Source: Bdellovibrionales bacterium (lineage in GTDB: Bacteria > Bdellovibrionota > Bdellovibrionia > Bdellovibrionales > JAMPXM01). From it: 64,000 nucleotides of DNA. Below the pieces are notes generated by a model. The model was not told where the DNA came from, made no database searches, and was given only the letters and a program-made list of their open reading frames with translations. This document shows, piece after piece, positions 39,814-49,389 of this stretch. Both the position numbers and the translations under genes were made by a program. Positions within the stretch are counted from its first letter, which is position 1. Every line of letters begins with the position of its first letter. The stretch is from the NCBI GenBank assembly GCA_043739185.1, contig JAYUEN010000332.1:1-64000 (forward strand), given 5' to 3'.

Positions 39814-40803
39814 TCAAGGCTTACTAGCAGCTCCACGCTTAGCTTTGGCCCCATCCGTTTTGGAAGCATTTTCGATTAATTTTTTAGAAAGGCTGGCTTC
39901 TAAAGATTTAATTTTCTCATTTAAATCAAGACTTGAATGTTCATGCACCTGACCTTTTGAAATCGCTTCTTTCAGTGCTTTGTAAACCGACAGGGCGAAC
40001 TCGATTTCTTTTTGCATATCTTCGTAAACCTGAGCCAGGCGAACTCGATTTTGCAAACTCTCAGGATGGGCAGAGACGGCCATTTCTAGGTCGTTTGCGG
40101 CACTCTTTGAATCTCCAAGGCGAATGGCACATTCAGCGCCGTCGACAAGGGCTGCGTAGTTCTTGCTATCAACGCTGAGTACTTCTTTGAATCTCTGATC
40201 TGCGGTTTTATAATCCAATTCATGATAAGCAATTTCAGCTAAAAACAATTTAGCATCAAACATTTTCTTATCTAGCTTTGCAGCTAAGTCCATTTCCTTA
40301 TAGGCAGCATCTTTTTGATCTAACGACCAAAGAATTCGACCCCGTTGGTATTGCAGAATCGCCACTTGCGAAGAGGCCTTTTTCAAAGCGAGATCAATCA
40401 TCCACAATGCTCGCGGCAAATCTTTTTCATATTCTGCGGCCAAACTCAGATAATAAGGACCCCAGGGTGAATCCACATTTGCTTTTACCAATTCCTGTGC
40501 GATGGATTCAACACTTAGCCATTGATTCGATTGCGCGCAATTATTAATACTTTCAAGAAGAGCCTTCCAATCACGACCCTTGAGCTCAGCAACTTGCAAG
40601 CAATGACCTGTCGATTTTGAAAAAACGAAGGGTTTAAATTCAAACGATTCAAAATAAAGATCGGTATTGATCTTTTTATGATCGCTGATCAAAGTTTTAG
40701 AAGGCGATGCCAAATGAGTTTCTTTCACTCCCTGATTGCTACAACCTAGAGTCAAAGCACCCACACAGATCGAATAGAATAAGCTTATGAGGGCTGATTT
40801 CAT
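39814..40803 (-). CDS. TPR lipoprotein, GltE/AglT-like
   Basis: Lipobox LGC; multiple TPR repeats; position between gltD-like and gltF-like genes. Confidence 0.7.
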   Translation of the reverse strand: MKSALISLFYSICVGALTLGCSNQGVKETHLASPSKTLISDHKKINTDLYFESFEFKPFVFSKSTGHCLQVAELKGRDWKALLESINNCAQSNQWLSVESIAQELVKANVDSPWGPYYLSLAAEYEKDLPRALWMIDLALKKASSQVAILQYQRGRILWSLDQKDAAYKEMDLAAKLDKKMFDAKLFLAEIAYHELDYKTADQRFKEVLSVDSKNYAALVDGAECAIRLGDSKSAANDLEMAVSAHPESLQNRVRLAQVYEDMQKEIEFALSVYKALKEAISKGQVHEHSSLDLNEKIKSLEASLSKKLIENASKTDGAKAKRGAASKP

Positions 40804-40804
40804 A

Positions 40805-43804
40805 TTAGAAGCCTCCCATATTTGCCAAACCACCAAAATTTAAATTTCTTCTCGGTAAATACATGGGTGGATTTTGAATTTGGCCAAGAGGAAGTGGTTC
40901 CGATTTGAGATTCAATTTATCTAGTTCACGTTGAATATTGACCACCGTTTGATTGAAGAGATGAATTTTTTTGGCCGCTTGAAGTGCCTGGTTCAAACTG
41001 TCGATGCCCTTTTCCTCCATAGGAGTAATTAAATTTTCAATTTCTTTATGAAAGGCGGCACGATCTGCTTCACTCACTTCACCGCTCAATTGCAGTGTCT
41101 TAAGGGCCTGGGCATAGTGAAGATAACAGCCCGAGAGGTGTTGAATAGCTATTACTGAATACTCTGGATCTCCGTATTCAATAACGGCCTGATAGGCCTT
41201 CTGGGCTTTTTCAAGTTTTTCAGTTTTAATGGCGAGTACAGTTGCAACTTTCTCAATGCGGGCCTTGACACTTTGTTTTTTAAACTCATCGTCAAGTACT
41301 TGTGCCTGCACAAATCTAGCCCGAGCCAAAAAGTTTTTTGGAATACCATCTTTACCAATTATTTTCTTAGCCAAATTAAATGCCGTTGTAAAATCCCCGG
41401 TGGCAAACTTTTCTTCAGCTTGCTCTAGGACAATGAGACTCGCTTCGGGCTCAACTCCAAAACTTGAAATTTGTCGTTTGAGTTCTGAAACTTGCTTTGA
41501 GTTTGAATCGAGCTTGGCCAGCTCAAGTTGTTTCTCAACCAATACAAGTTTTTCTTTTTGGTCTTTTCGTGTTTCAGCCAGCTTGGCATACATACCAATT
41601 GCCAAATGGCGATTGCGGCTGAGGGCAAAAAAGTCGGCTGCCAATTCACGCCATTTATTTTCATTGGCATTGTCAAACTCGCAGAGATCCATCAATACTT
41701 TTGCTGCCAAATCAAGGCGAGCGAGAGTTTCATAAGCTCCGGCCGCTCGAGTTAAGCAGTCCTTAACCTGTGGGCTATCGCGAAACATTTTAGACATTTC
41801 ATGACAAGTATTTGAACCGGCTAAAAGATCACCGGTCTTAAATTCAATTTGCGAGGCATTCCACCATGCTTTAGGGCCCAGATCCGATTTACCTTGTTCG
41901 ACGGCAAATCTCTTATAGGCTTCAATTGCCTTCTTGCTATCGCCACTTTCTTCAAAACCTTGGATTTCTGCAAAATACGCTTCTCTGTATATCTTCTCAA
42001 CCACAAGAGTTCGACCATTATCCATAGTCTTTTTAAGCAATACATTGGCAGCTTCTTTTAGAGTCTTATAGTCTTTTTTAATGTTCAATATATCAAGATA
42101 AAGATCTTGAGACTTTAAAATCTTTTCCTGTCCGAATTTCTTCTTATCGGCAGTTCCCCAGCCGATCTTTTTAAATCCGGCAGCCGCTTCATCGTAGCGC
42201 GCCTTTTCATAAGCAATGAAATATTTTTTAAACTCAATGTCGAGTGCAAATTCAGCTTTTGGATATTTTGTTAAATAAATATTTGCCAAACTGTCAAAAC
42301 TCTTTTCATCGGAATCACTCCACTTATTAGCGGTCGCTCTCTCTAAACTTAAAATTGCGGCGTAAGCAGCATCGACTCCTAATTTGGCGTCCGGATGAAA
42401 ATTATCAATGCTAGCATACTGAACAGAGGCTTCGCGAAACTTCTCTTCTTGAAAAAGAAGTTCGCCATAGGACATTCGCAACTGGTTCTGCTCTTCATCT
42501 TTGGGATCATAGTTTCTGAGATAAACTTGGTACGCCACCTCGGCACTTGTGAGAAGATCATCTTCTTTGGCTTTCTTCTTCCATAGGGCATGCCACCTCT
42601 GCGCGAGCTTTTTACTCGCATCGGTCACACGCTCTTGGCATTCGGAGCGATCCTCTTTATGGCCAGTTCCGGCTTTGATCGCAGTTACCATGCGATCTTG
42701 ACAAAGCTGATTGAGTGCAAGCATTTGCTCAACCACTTTTTTGCGTTGCTTGAGATGTTCGTCGTTCCAAATGAGGCGTTCACGTGCACTTGCAACCAAT
42801 TCGTTATTGGGCATAGTTTGTATAAATTTAGAAAGTAGAATTTCAATGTCCGCAAACTTTGAACCGCGATCATAAAGATCAGAAAGGCGAATGAGCATTG
42901 GAGCCGGATCTAGCTCTCTTGCTTGAGTCACAAAATAGGTAACCGCGTTTGTACTCGAACCTACATCTGAATAAAAAAGTGTCATATCATTTAGAGCTTC
43001 TTTGCGAAGATCTAACTTTGCATCCAGCTTCAGCTCTGCGACTTTCGCGCCATATTCAACTACGGCTTCGAGTTCTTTGAGGCCATCTCGTGTATTTTGC
43101 AAATTGTAGTAACACCAAGCACCTTTGTAAATTGAATAGGGATAAACCCGAGCCTCCGTGTATTTGCGCACTTGTTTAAATTTTTGCAATGCGATTTCAA
43201 ACTTCTTATTTTTATAGTTCAATTCGCCTACTGACATAAAGGCATCTGGTAATAGAGGCGAATTGGGGAAGCTTGCGATCAAATGTTCAAAAATTTTTTC
43301 GGCTTTTTTATCGTCGCCCAATTGTTCAAGTGCATAGCCTTCATTAAAGACAATCATATCTAGATTTCTATAACTTCTAAATCGCTCTTGAATGTCCTCA
43401 TAAATCGCAATTGCTTTTTTGATTTGATTTTTTTCGGCACCCTCTTTCACTACTGAGGGAAGAAAATTCATAATTTCTTTGTCGTTGCGATGAATCTCAA
43501 AGAAACGCTCGCTGCGCGCTCGGCGCATATAAAGTTCCCCAAGACGATAAAGAATGTCAGGTTCTAATTTGCGACCGCGATTTTTCTCTAAGAGCTTCTG
43601 AAGTTGGGCCAGTGCCCGCTTTTCGCTATTCTCAACTAAGATTTCAGTTTTTAGGGCCTTCATATCATTGCCCTTTTCATCTCCGTCTTTGAACTTAAGT
43701 TGCTCCTCTACCGGAACTTCCTTAGGCTTATCCTTTTGACCCGCCAAGGCCATTTGAAAATTTCCTGTCAATAAAATGAGGAGAACCCAAAAGCGAAGAA
43801 TCAT
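40805..43804 (-). CDS. Large TPR protein, GltD/AgmU-like
   Basis: Signal peptide; ILYRLGELY, YKGAWCYYNL, LRKEAL.D; 999 aa of TPR repeats. Confidence 0.75.
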   Translation of the reverse strand: MILRFWVLLILLTGNFQMALAGQKDKPKEVPVEEQLKFKDGDEKGNDMKALKTEILVENSEKRALAQLQKLLEKNRGRKLEPDILYRLGELYMRRARSERFFEIHRNDKEIMNFLPSVVKEGAEKNQIKKAIAIYEDIQERFRSYRNLDMIVFNEGYALEQLGDDKKAEKIFEHLIASFPNSPLLPDAFMSVGELNYKNKKFEIALQKFKQVRKYTEARVYPYSIYKGAWCYYNLQNTRDGLKELEAVVEYGAKVAELKLDAKLDLRKEALNDMTLFYSDVGSSTNAVTYFVTQARELDPAPMLIRLSDLYDRGSKFADIEILLSKFIQTMPNNELVASARERLIWNDEHLKQRKKVVEQMLALNQLCQDRMVTAIKAGTGHKEDRSECQERVTDASKKLAQRWHALWKKKAKEDDLLTSAEVAYQVYLRNYDPKDEEQNQLRMSYGELLFQEEKFREASVQYASIDNFHPDAKLGVDAAYAAILSLERATANKWSDSDEKSFDSLANIYLTKYPKAEFALDIEFKKYFIAYEKARYDEAAAGFKKIGWGTADKKKFGQEKILKSQDLYLDILNIKKDYKTLKEAANVLLKKTMDNGRTLVVEKIYREAYFAEIQGFEESGDSKKAIEAYKRFAVEQGKSDLGPKAWWNASQIEFKTGDLLAGSNTCHEMSKMFRDSPQVKDCLTRAAGAYETLARLDLAAKVLMDLCEFDNANENKWRELAADFFALSRNRHLAIGMYAKLAETRKDQKEKLVLVEKQLELAKLDSNSKQVSELKRQISSFGVEPEASLIVLEQAEEKFATGDFTTAFNLAKKIIGKDGIPKNFLARARFVQAQVLDDEFKKQSVKARIEKVATVLAIKTEKLEKAQKAYQAVIEYGDPEYSVIAIQHLSGCYLHYAQALKTLQLSGEVSEADRAAFHKEIENLITPMEEKGIDSLNQALQAAKKIHLFNQTVVNIQRELDKLNLKSEPLPLGQIQNPPMYLPRRNLNFGGLANMGGF

Positions 43805-44850
43805 TTTATACTCGCCGGGGTGAAATCAACATGAAATGGAGTTCCATCCGGAGGAATGGCCTTGCCGTGAAAGACAATAGATTGAATGTTGTCATCATAG
43901 GTCCAGCCATTTGCGGCATCCTGGGGAACCAATACCCCACCTGCATGTACAACAATTGTAGCGGGATTGGGCTTTTGATCTAAATAATAAGCCGTTACGA
44001 TTTCGAGAATGCGCGCTTGTACTTGTTGAACGGCCAGGGTGAGATCTGTAGAACAAATGGTTGATTGCGTACCGCCCGAAGCATTTACAATATCTAAGAA
44101 CTTTAAACCGGGCGATCGAAAATTCCATTGGCCTGAGGCGCATTGATCGCTCGCGCTGCTTGATAGGACGCCAACATAATGAGCCAACCAACTTCGTTGA
44201 CCTGTGGTTGCTATCGGTGGGCGGAGTTTGTCTAAAAACGATACCAAGTCAATTGGTGAGGTATTGTTCACATCATCGTCTTTAGAAGAAATGAATATGA
44301 CATTGAGAAGCGCATTGGGTCTTAAGAAGCCAGAATTCGCTCCGTTTATAAGTGGAGCACTCAAGGCATTTTGTACAGCAAGGCGGCCAAAATTGACGGG
44401 CGAAAGAAAATCACCCGTATTGAATGACAAGCGATTTGATAAAATATTAGAAAGGCCAGTTAAGCCAGAATTCAAAATAACCGGAGCGCCATCACCTCGC
44501 GAAATGAATTGGCCACCATCTCCGATTGTCATTTGAGTTTGTGGATCTTGAAATCGCGGAGTCATGGTGGTCACTGCAATATGATAATCTAAATTCGCGG
44601 CATTTAAGACCTGCACCAAGGCAGGAATTTGCGAAGAGATCGCATCATAGCGTCTTTGCTGGTCCATCGCACCAGAAGCCTCCATCACAATGAGCACATC
44701 TGCTTGTCTATTGTATTTTACGCTTTGAACGAAGTTGCTGCCCTGAGGGGTCAGGTCAAAATTCTGTTGCGTACAACTCAAGCTAAGTAAGCAGTTAAGG
44801 AATCCAAAAATATATTTTATGGCTGTCAAATCAAGTTGTTTACTTCTCAT
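43801..44850 (-). CDS. vWA-like lipoprotein (CglB-like adhesin candidate)
   Basis: Lipobox LSC; DVLIVMEASGAM, DYHIAVTT, FLRPNALLNVIFIS; start likely 44850. Confidence 0.65.
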   Translation of the reverse strand: MRSKQLDLTAIKYIFGFLNCLLSLSCTQQNFDLTPQGSNFVQSVKYNRQADVLIVMEASGAMDQQRRYDAISSQIPALVQVLNAANLDYHIAVTTMTPRFQDPQTQMTIGDGGQFISRGDGAPVILNSGLTGLSNILSNRLSFNTGDFLSPVNFGRLAVQNALSAPLINGANSGFLRPNALLNVIFISSKDDDVNNTSPIDLVSFLDKLRPPIATTGQRSWLAHYVGVLSSSASDQCASGQWNFRSPGLKFLDIVNASGGTQSTICSTDLTLAVQQVQARILEIVTAYYLDQKPNPATIVVHAGGVLVPQDAANGWTYDDNIQSIVFHGKAIPPDGTPFHVDFTPASIK

Positions 44851-44945
44851 TTGAAAATCTCCCCAAGATAAAAACTCTTTTATCTTCTTGCGCCTTAGGG
44901 AGAGTACATGCTGCATAAAAGGCGATTTAGTATTTTTTGCTTTCT

Positions 44946-45746
44946 CTACGAAGCTCTCACATTTTTTTCTGTAAACTGTGCAAGGTAATCTTGCGTTTGT
45001 TGTGTTAATTCCAAAAACTTAATTCCGTAAATGACACTCTTATTTTTTTCTTTACTGCTATTGCGAGCGCTCACAACTTCACATTTTGCATTGAATGGCG
45101 GAACATCGTCCCCGGGCTTAAAATGAACACTGACCGCTTGCCCGATTTGAAGTTGGCCACTTTCTAATTCAATTCCTGCTCCGCCGGCTGATATTTCAAA
45201 GCTCTTTCCCTTCCATACTTTTGAATTATTATGGACAATAAGTGATGCTCCATAATTGGCTCTACCGTGTCTGCGACGAAAAAACACTTCAGTTAATTCT
45301 GGATACGTAGAAGACTTTAGGGCTTTGATTTTGTCCGCTTTGAATTCTTCAAGGTCTGCAATCAAATGCCAAGTTTCAAGATTTGGATTCCAAGCATAAT
45401 CATACTCAAAAAGTGAGCGACCTTGTAGAAGCTTAACAATGTCAAAAAAAGTATAAGGGCCAAAGCGGTTTTGACCTTTCAAAATAAACCATTCCGGAAC
45501 ATCTGACGCCGACTTTTTAGGTTCAATCTTAGGGGGCTGAACTGGCTTTGCAAATTGCATCAAATCAGCGAAAGCATGATAGGCAACAATCATAAACCAG
45601 TCCGCAGCGACTTCATCAAAGATATAATCACTGACATGCAATTCATGGTTTTGTATTTTCGCATTGATTTCAGCAACTGTGAACGGACCCAGTTGTTGAC
45701 CATCATGTGATACGAAATATTTAGCTTGCAACATCAAACTCTCCAA
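44946..45746 (-). CDS. Tandem GYF_2 (DUF4339) domains + PilZ domain protein
   Basis: Two W/Y-F..G..GP(F/Y)T repeats; PilZ RRRHGR and EISAGG. Confidence 0.85.
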   Translation of the reverse strand: MESLMLQAKYFVSHDGQQLGPFTVAEINAKIQNHELHVSDYIFDEVAADWFMIVAYHAFADLMQFAKPVQPPKIEPKKSASDVPEWFILKGQNRFGPYTFFDIVKLLQGRSLFEYDYAWNPNLETWHLIADLEEFKADKIKALKSSTYPELTEVFFRRRHGRANYGASLIVHNNSKVWKGKSFEISAGGAGIELESGQLQIGQAVSVHFKPGDDVPPFNAKCEVVSARNSSKEKNKSVIYGIKFLELTQQTQDYLAQFTEKNVRAS

Positions 45747-45828
45747 AACAGGATTCTTTTTTCAAACCAAACACGGACTCAAAAGCCTAGCTTTCTTAGC
45801 TTATTAGCTCGCTTTATCACTACAGAAT

Positions 45829-45856
45829 GATTCGGCTGATTGGGATTTGGACTTAA
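45829..45856 (-). promoter_or_regulatory. Putative sigma28 (FliA) promoter
   Basis: TTAAG-N15-GCCGAATC on the minus strand versus consensus TAAA-N15-GCCGATAA. Confidence 0.6.
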
Positions 45857-46020
45857 ATCTTGCGGAGCGCAAAACAAGCCTAAGTGCTTGGGAACAGGAT
45901 CAAAGACGAGTGCCTTGATTTAAAGGCCTCTACAGGGTTTTATTTTGAAACAAAGTCATAAGATGAAAATCTCAAAATGAATTTAAGTTCAATGAAACGA
46001 AGATGTTTTGATCAGCTTGC

Positions 46021-46803
46021 TTATGAAGCTTCTTGCTCACTAGCATTGAAAACTTGAGTTAATTTTGCTCTCAATCGGCTTACGGCCTGAGCGTGAAGCT
46101 GTGACACTCGACTTTCCGTAACTCTCAATACTTTGCCAATTTCTTTTAAGTTGAGATCTTCGTAGTAATACAAAGAAAGTACGAGTCTTTGTCGTTCTGG
46201 CAGCTCTTCGATTGCTTTGGTCACAATGTCCTTCACGGACTTCATGCTCAATTGATTGTATGGATTATTGAGCGCACATCCCTCTAGAATATTGAGGATC
46301 GATTTTTTATCAACATTGCTAAAAGTCGTCGAGTCATCAATCGAAAGTACGCTTACGGGACGCACTTGATTGACGAGGTCATAAAATTCTTCAATGCTCA
46401 TATTGAGCTTTGTAGAAACCTCTTCATCTGTCGCCGCTCGTCCATAGACCGCTTCAAGTTCAACCATTGTACGATCTAAGAGTTTTGCTTTGTCGCGAAC
46501 CGATCTTGGAACCCAATCCTGCGCACGGAGTTCATCGAGAATGGAGCCTCGAATTCGAAACTCTGCGTAGGTTTTGAATTTATTGTCTCGAGTCGGATCA
46601 TATTTATCGATGGCATCCATAAGGCCAATGACACCACTTGATATGAGATCGTCTAATTCGATATTTGAAGGCAAGCGAACCGCAATTTTTTGTGCGATAA
46701 ACTTTATCAAGGGGGCATACTCAATGACGAGCTTATCTTTTTCTTGTTGGGTAATCTTGTTCGGAGATTCTTTGTACTTTCTAATGACACCGTTACCAGA
46801 CAT
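46021..46803 (-). CDS. fliA: RNA polymerase sigma factor FliA (sigma28)
   Basis: DDLISSGVIGL, FKTYAEFRIRGSILDELR..DWVPRSVR, ESRVSQLH. Confidence 0.96.
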   Translation of the reverse strand: MSGNGVIRKYKESPNKITQQEKDKLVIEYAPLIKFIAQKIAVRLPSNIELDDLISSGVIGLMDAIDKYDPTRDNKFKTYAEFRIRGSILDELRAQDWVPRSVRDKAKLLDRTMVELEAVYGRAATDEEVSTKLNMSIEEFYDLVNQVRPVSVLSIDDSTTFSNVDKKSILNILEGCALNNPYNQLSMKSVKDIVTKAIEELPERQRLVLSLYYYEDLNLKEIGKVLRVTESRVSQLHAQAVSRLRAKLTQVFNASEQEAS

Positions 46804-46886
46804 TATTGAACCACCCTCAAATAAATTTATCTAACCAGTTATCTTAGCTTATCAAATTGAGAACACAGTCGGTAGTCTAATTCTTT

Positions 46887-47729
46887 TCATGCCACTCCAA
46901 CGAGCTGCTCCCAGAAAAATTGTAGATTTCCTTTACACTCATCTAAAGCCTGGTAGCTTTCGAATTTCTGGGCCAGCTTGACAAGGGCCTGTGCTGAGGG
47001 ACTCTGCGAATAGACTTGAGAAACCAATTGTTGGTTCTTTGTGGCCTGTCTCAAATTGAGATCCGATGGAATCGATCCTTTATAATCTAGGCTTACGTAA
47101 AGAAACTTCTGTACAACTTCGTCTAGCTTACGAAAAAGTTTAACACCTTCTTGCTCATCGCGAACTTGATTGCAGACAATCGAAAATCTATTTTCACGGC
47201 AACGCTGATTCAAGACCTTTATAAGAGCATAAGAATCGGCAAAGCTTGAAGGGTCTGGATTGATCACAACACAAATCTCTTGTGCCGCTGCATTGAGATA
47301 AAGAACATTGTTATCAATGCCGGGTGAAGTATCAATTAACATATAATCATATTTTTTACCAAGACCACTCACTTGATCGAGTAAAAATTGGCGTTCAAAA
47401 ACACTCAAATTTTGCAAATCATATAGACCACTTCCGCCTGGTATGAGAGTCAAGCCATCGTCGACCTCTACTAAAATTTCTTGCAGCTGAGATTCCCCAC
47501 TAATGAGATCATAGATATTTTTTTTGGCTCTTACATTGAGCATGATATCCACATTGGCCATGCCAAGATCACCGTCTAAAATCAGAACCCGATAGCCTCT
47601 CTTGTGCAAAATTTTTGCCAGGTTTACCACGATGGTCGATTTTCCCACGCCGCCTTTCCCTGAAGTGATACTTATGGTGCGTGTCGAATTTGAATGTCGT
47701 TCTGTAGACTCTGTTTGACTAAATCCCAT
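46887..47729 (-). CDS. flhG: MinD-like ATPase FlhG/FleN
   Basis: SGKGGVGKS, DGDLGMAN, DSYALIK; lies between flhF and fliA. Confidence 0.92.
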   Translation of the reverse strand: MGFSQTESTERHSNSTRTISITSGKGGVGKSTIVVNLAKILHKRGYRVLILDGDLGMANVDIMLNVRAKKNIYDLISGESQLQEILVEVDDGLTLIPGGSGLYDLQNLSVFERQFLLDQVSGLGKKYDYMLIDTSPGIDNNVLYLNAAAQEICVVINPDPSSFADSYALIKVLNQRCRENRFSIVCNQVRDEQEGVKLFRKLDEVVQKFLYVSLDYKGSIPSDLNLRQATKNQQLVSQVYSQSPSAQALVKLAQKFESYQALDECKGNLQFFWEQLVGVA

Positions 47730-49389
47730 GGCCGTTAACTCCTCTTTGAATGCGGGTCAGCTTAAAAATTAAATCTAATATTCGCTCTTTCGTCGCCTCT
47801 TCAAAATCCTCGGGAATTGAATTTCCAATTCCGAATGAATTGAGTGGAATATGAAGCGCTCGACTTACATTGACAATGACCCCGTGTTGAATAGATTGGT
47901 CCAAATTGGTAAAAATTAAATCTTGAAAAGATGCCAAGCGAAAGCGTTTGCAATTGTCGAGACTATCACTATCCTTCGCTATGCAATTTAAGACGAGATG
48001 AGCTACTGGAGCCAGTTCTGATGGCGGTAGTATTGATCTTAAAAAATCGATTTCGTCTAAATCTCGGAGCTGCATGCCGGGACTATCAATTAAGAAATGA
48101 TCAATATGGGCAAAGCGAGAAAGTAGGCCTTCATAATCTGCTTGCGAATGAATAACGACAAAAGGAACATTTAGAATTTGCGCATAGATTTTAAGTTGAT
48201 CGACTGCACCCACTTTAAGGGTGTCCGTCGTCAATATGGCAATTCGCTTTTTTCTCTTGAGGCTCAAATAGCTTGCCCACTTTACCAACATTGAAGTTTT
48301 ACCGCTACCCGCGGGCCCAACAAAAAGGTGAGTACGCCCCTGAAATGCATCTTTGCTAATTTGGGTATTGGTCAATATCCAGCGCGCAACGTAAGCGTCT
48401 ACTAAAGGGCGCTTTTTCATTTGCAAAGCATCCATTTCCTTTTGCGCCTGCAACAATATTTCTGAAGTCAATTCGGTGCTCACACCACTTTCTAAAAGCT
48501 TTTGAAACATAAAGCTCAACTCAAAATGAATTCCATATTCGGCACCTGGGTGAGAGTGAACTGTGGGTTTGACCACTTGATTTTGCTTGAGCAACGACTG
48601 CAGTCTCACAATTTCAGTCTGCAATACTTCAATTTGTTCCGTGCGAATTGCAGTCGAAGTAGTTGCCTGCGGCGGAGTGACTGCTGCGACCGACGGAGCC
48701 TTTGGTGCTATTTTTTCAAAGCGAAAGTCATCATTGGGATCATTTGTAATATGTGCATAGTTATTTTTTACTGGTTTACTTTCAAGTGCACTCATTCCGG
48801 CAGAGAAAGCTTCTTTCGCCGCGTTTCGAATTCGACTGAGAGATTTAGAAGACAATTGCGATGCGGACTCACTCATTGCTTGAGCTTGTGGATGTTGAGT
48901 CCGCGGCACTTGATAAGCAGGTGCCTGGGGTGCTTGAGAATTGAAATCTTCTTCATCTGGAATATCAATATAGGATACAGAAGTTAAATTCCTCTTCAGC
49001 TGACCAACAGGAGAGTGGGCCGACCGGTCAGCCCTATAGTTTGGCTCACTTCGACCATCAATTCCCAACACTTTTGCCAGTGATGACGAATTACTTTGGC
49101 TTTTATTCTCAGCGAGTCTGCGATCGACGATTTTTTCGATAATATTGATTTGAGATTTTGCTGCCGTATTTCGAAAGCGCGCTTTTGTCCCAGTATCCAT
49201 TCGCGATTCACTAAATTTCTTCTTATGTAAAGTGAATTCACTAACCGCCGCGGTGACTTCGACTTCGCCCTGACCAGGTCCGCTCTTAATGTCTCTTGCT
49301 GCTAAAATCACGGCTTCTGGGCCGAGCTCTTCCTTAATCAAACGCAAAGCTTCTTTCATACTTTTGGAGGTGTATTTTTTAACCTGCAT
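47719..49389 (-). CDS. flhF: Flagellar SRP-family GTPase FlhF
   Basis: N-terminal MKEALRLIKEELGPEAVIL; GPAGSGKT; DTLKVGAVDQLKIYA; IPED. Confidence 0.9.
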   Translation of the reverse strand: MQVKKYTSKSMKEALRLIKEELGPEAVILAARDIKSGPGQGEVEVTAAVSEFTLHKKKFSESRMDTGTKARFRNTAAKSQINIIEKIVDRRLAENKSQSNSSSLAKVLGIDGRSEPNYRADRSAHSPVGQLKRNLTSVSYIDIPDEEDFNSQAPQAPAYQVPRTQHPQAQAMSESASQLSSKSLSRIRNAAKEAFSAGMSALESKPVKNNYAHITNDPNDDFRFEKIAPKAPSVAAVTPPQATTSTAIRTEQIEVLQTEIVRLQSLLKQNQVVKPTVHSHPGAEYGIHFELSFMFQKLLESGVSTELTSEILLQAQKEMDALQMKKRPLVDAYVARWILTNTQISKDAFQGRTHLFVGPAGSGKTSMLVKWASYLSLKRKKRIAILTTDTLKVGAVDQLKIYAQILNVPFVVIHSQADYEGLLSRFAHIDHFLIDSPGMQLRDLDEIDFLRSILPPSELAPVAHLVLNCIAKDSDSLDNCKRFRLASFQDLIFTNLDQSIQHGVIVNVSRALHIPLNSFGIGNSIPEDFEEATKERILDLIFKLTRIQRGVNGHGI

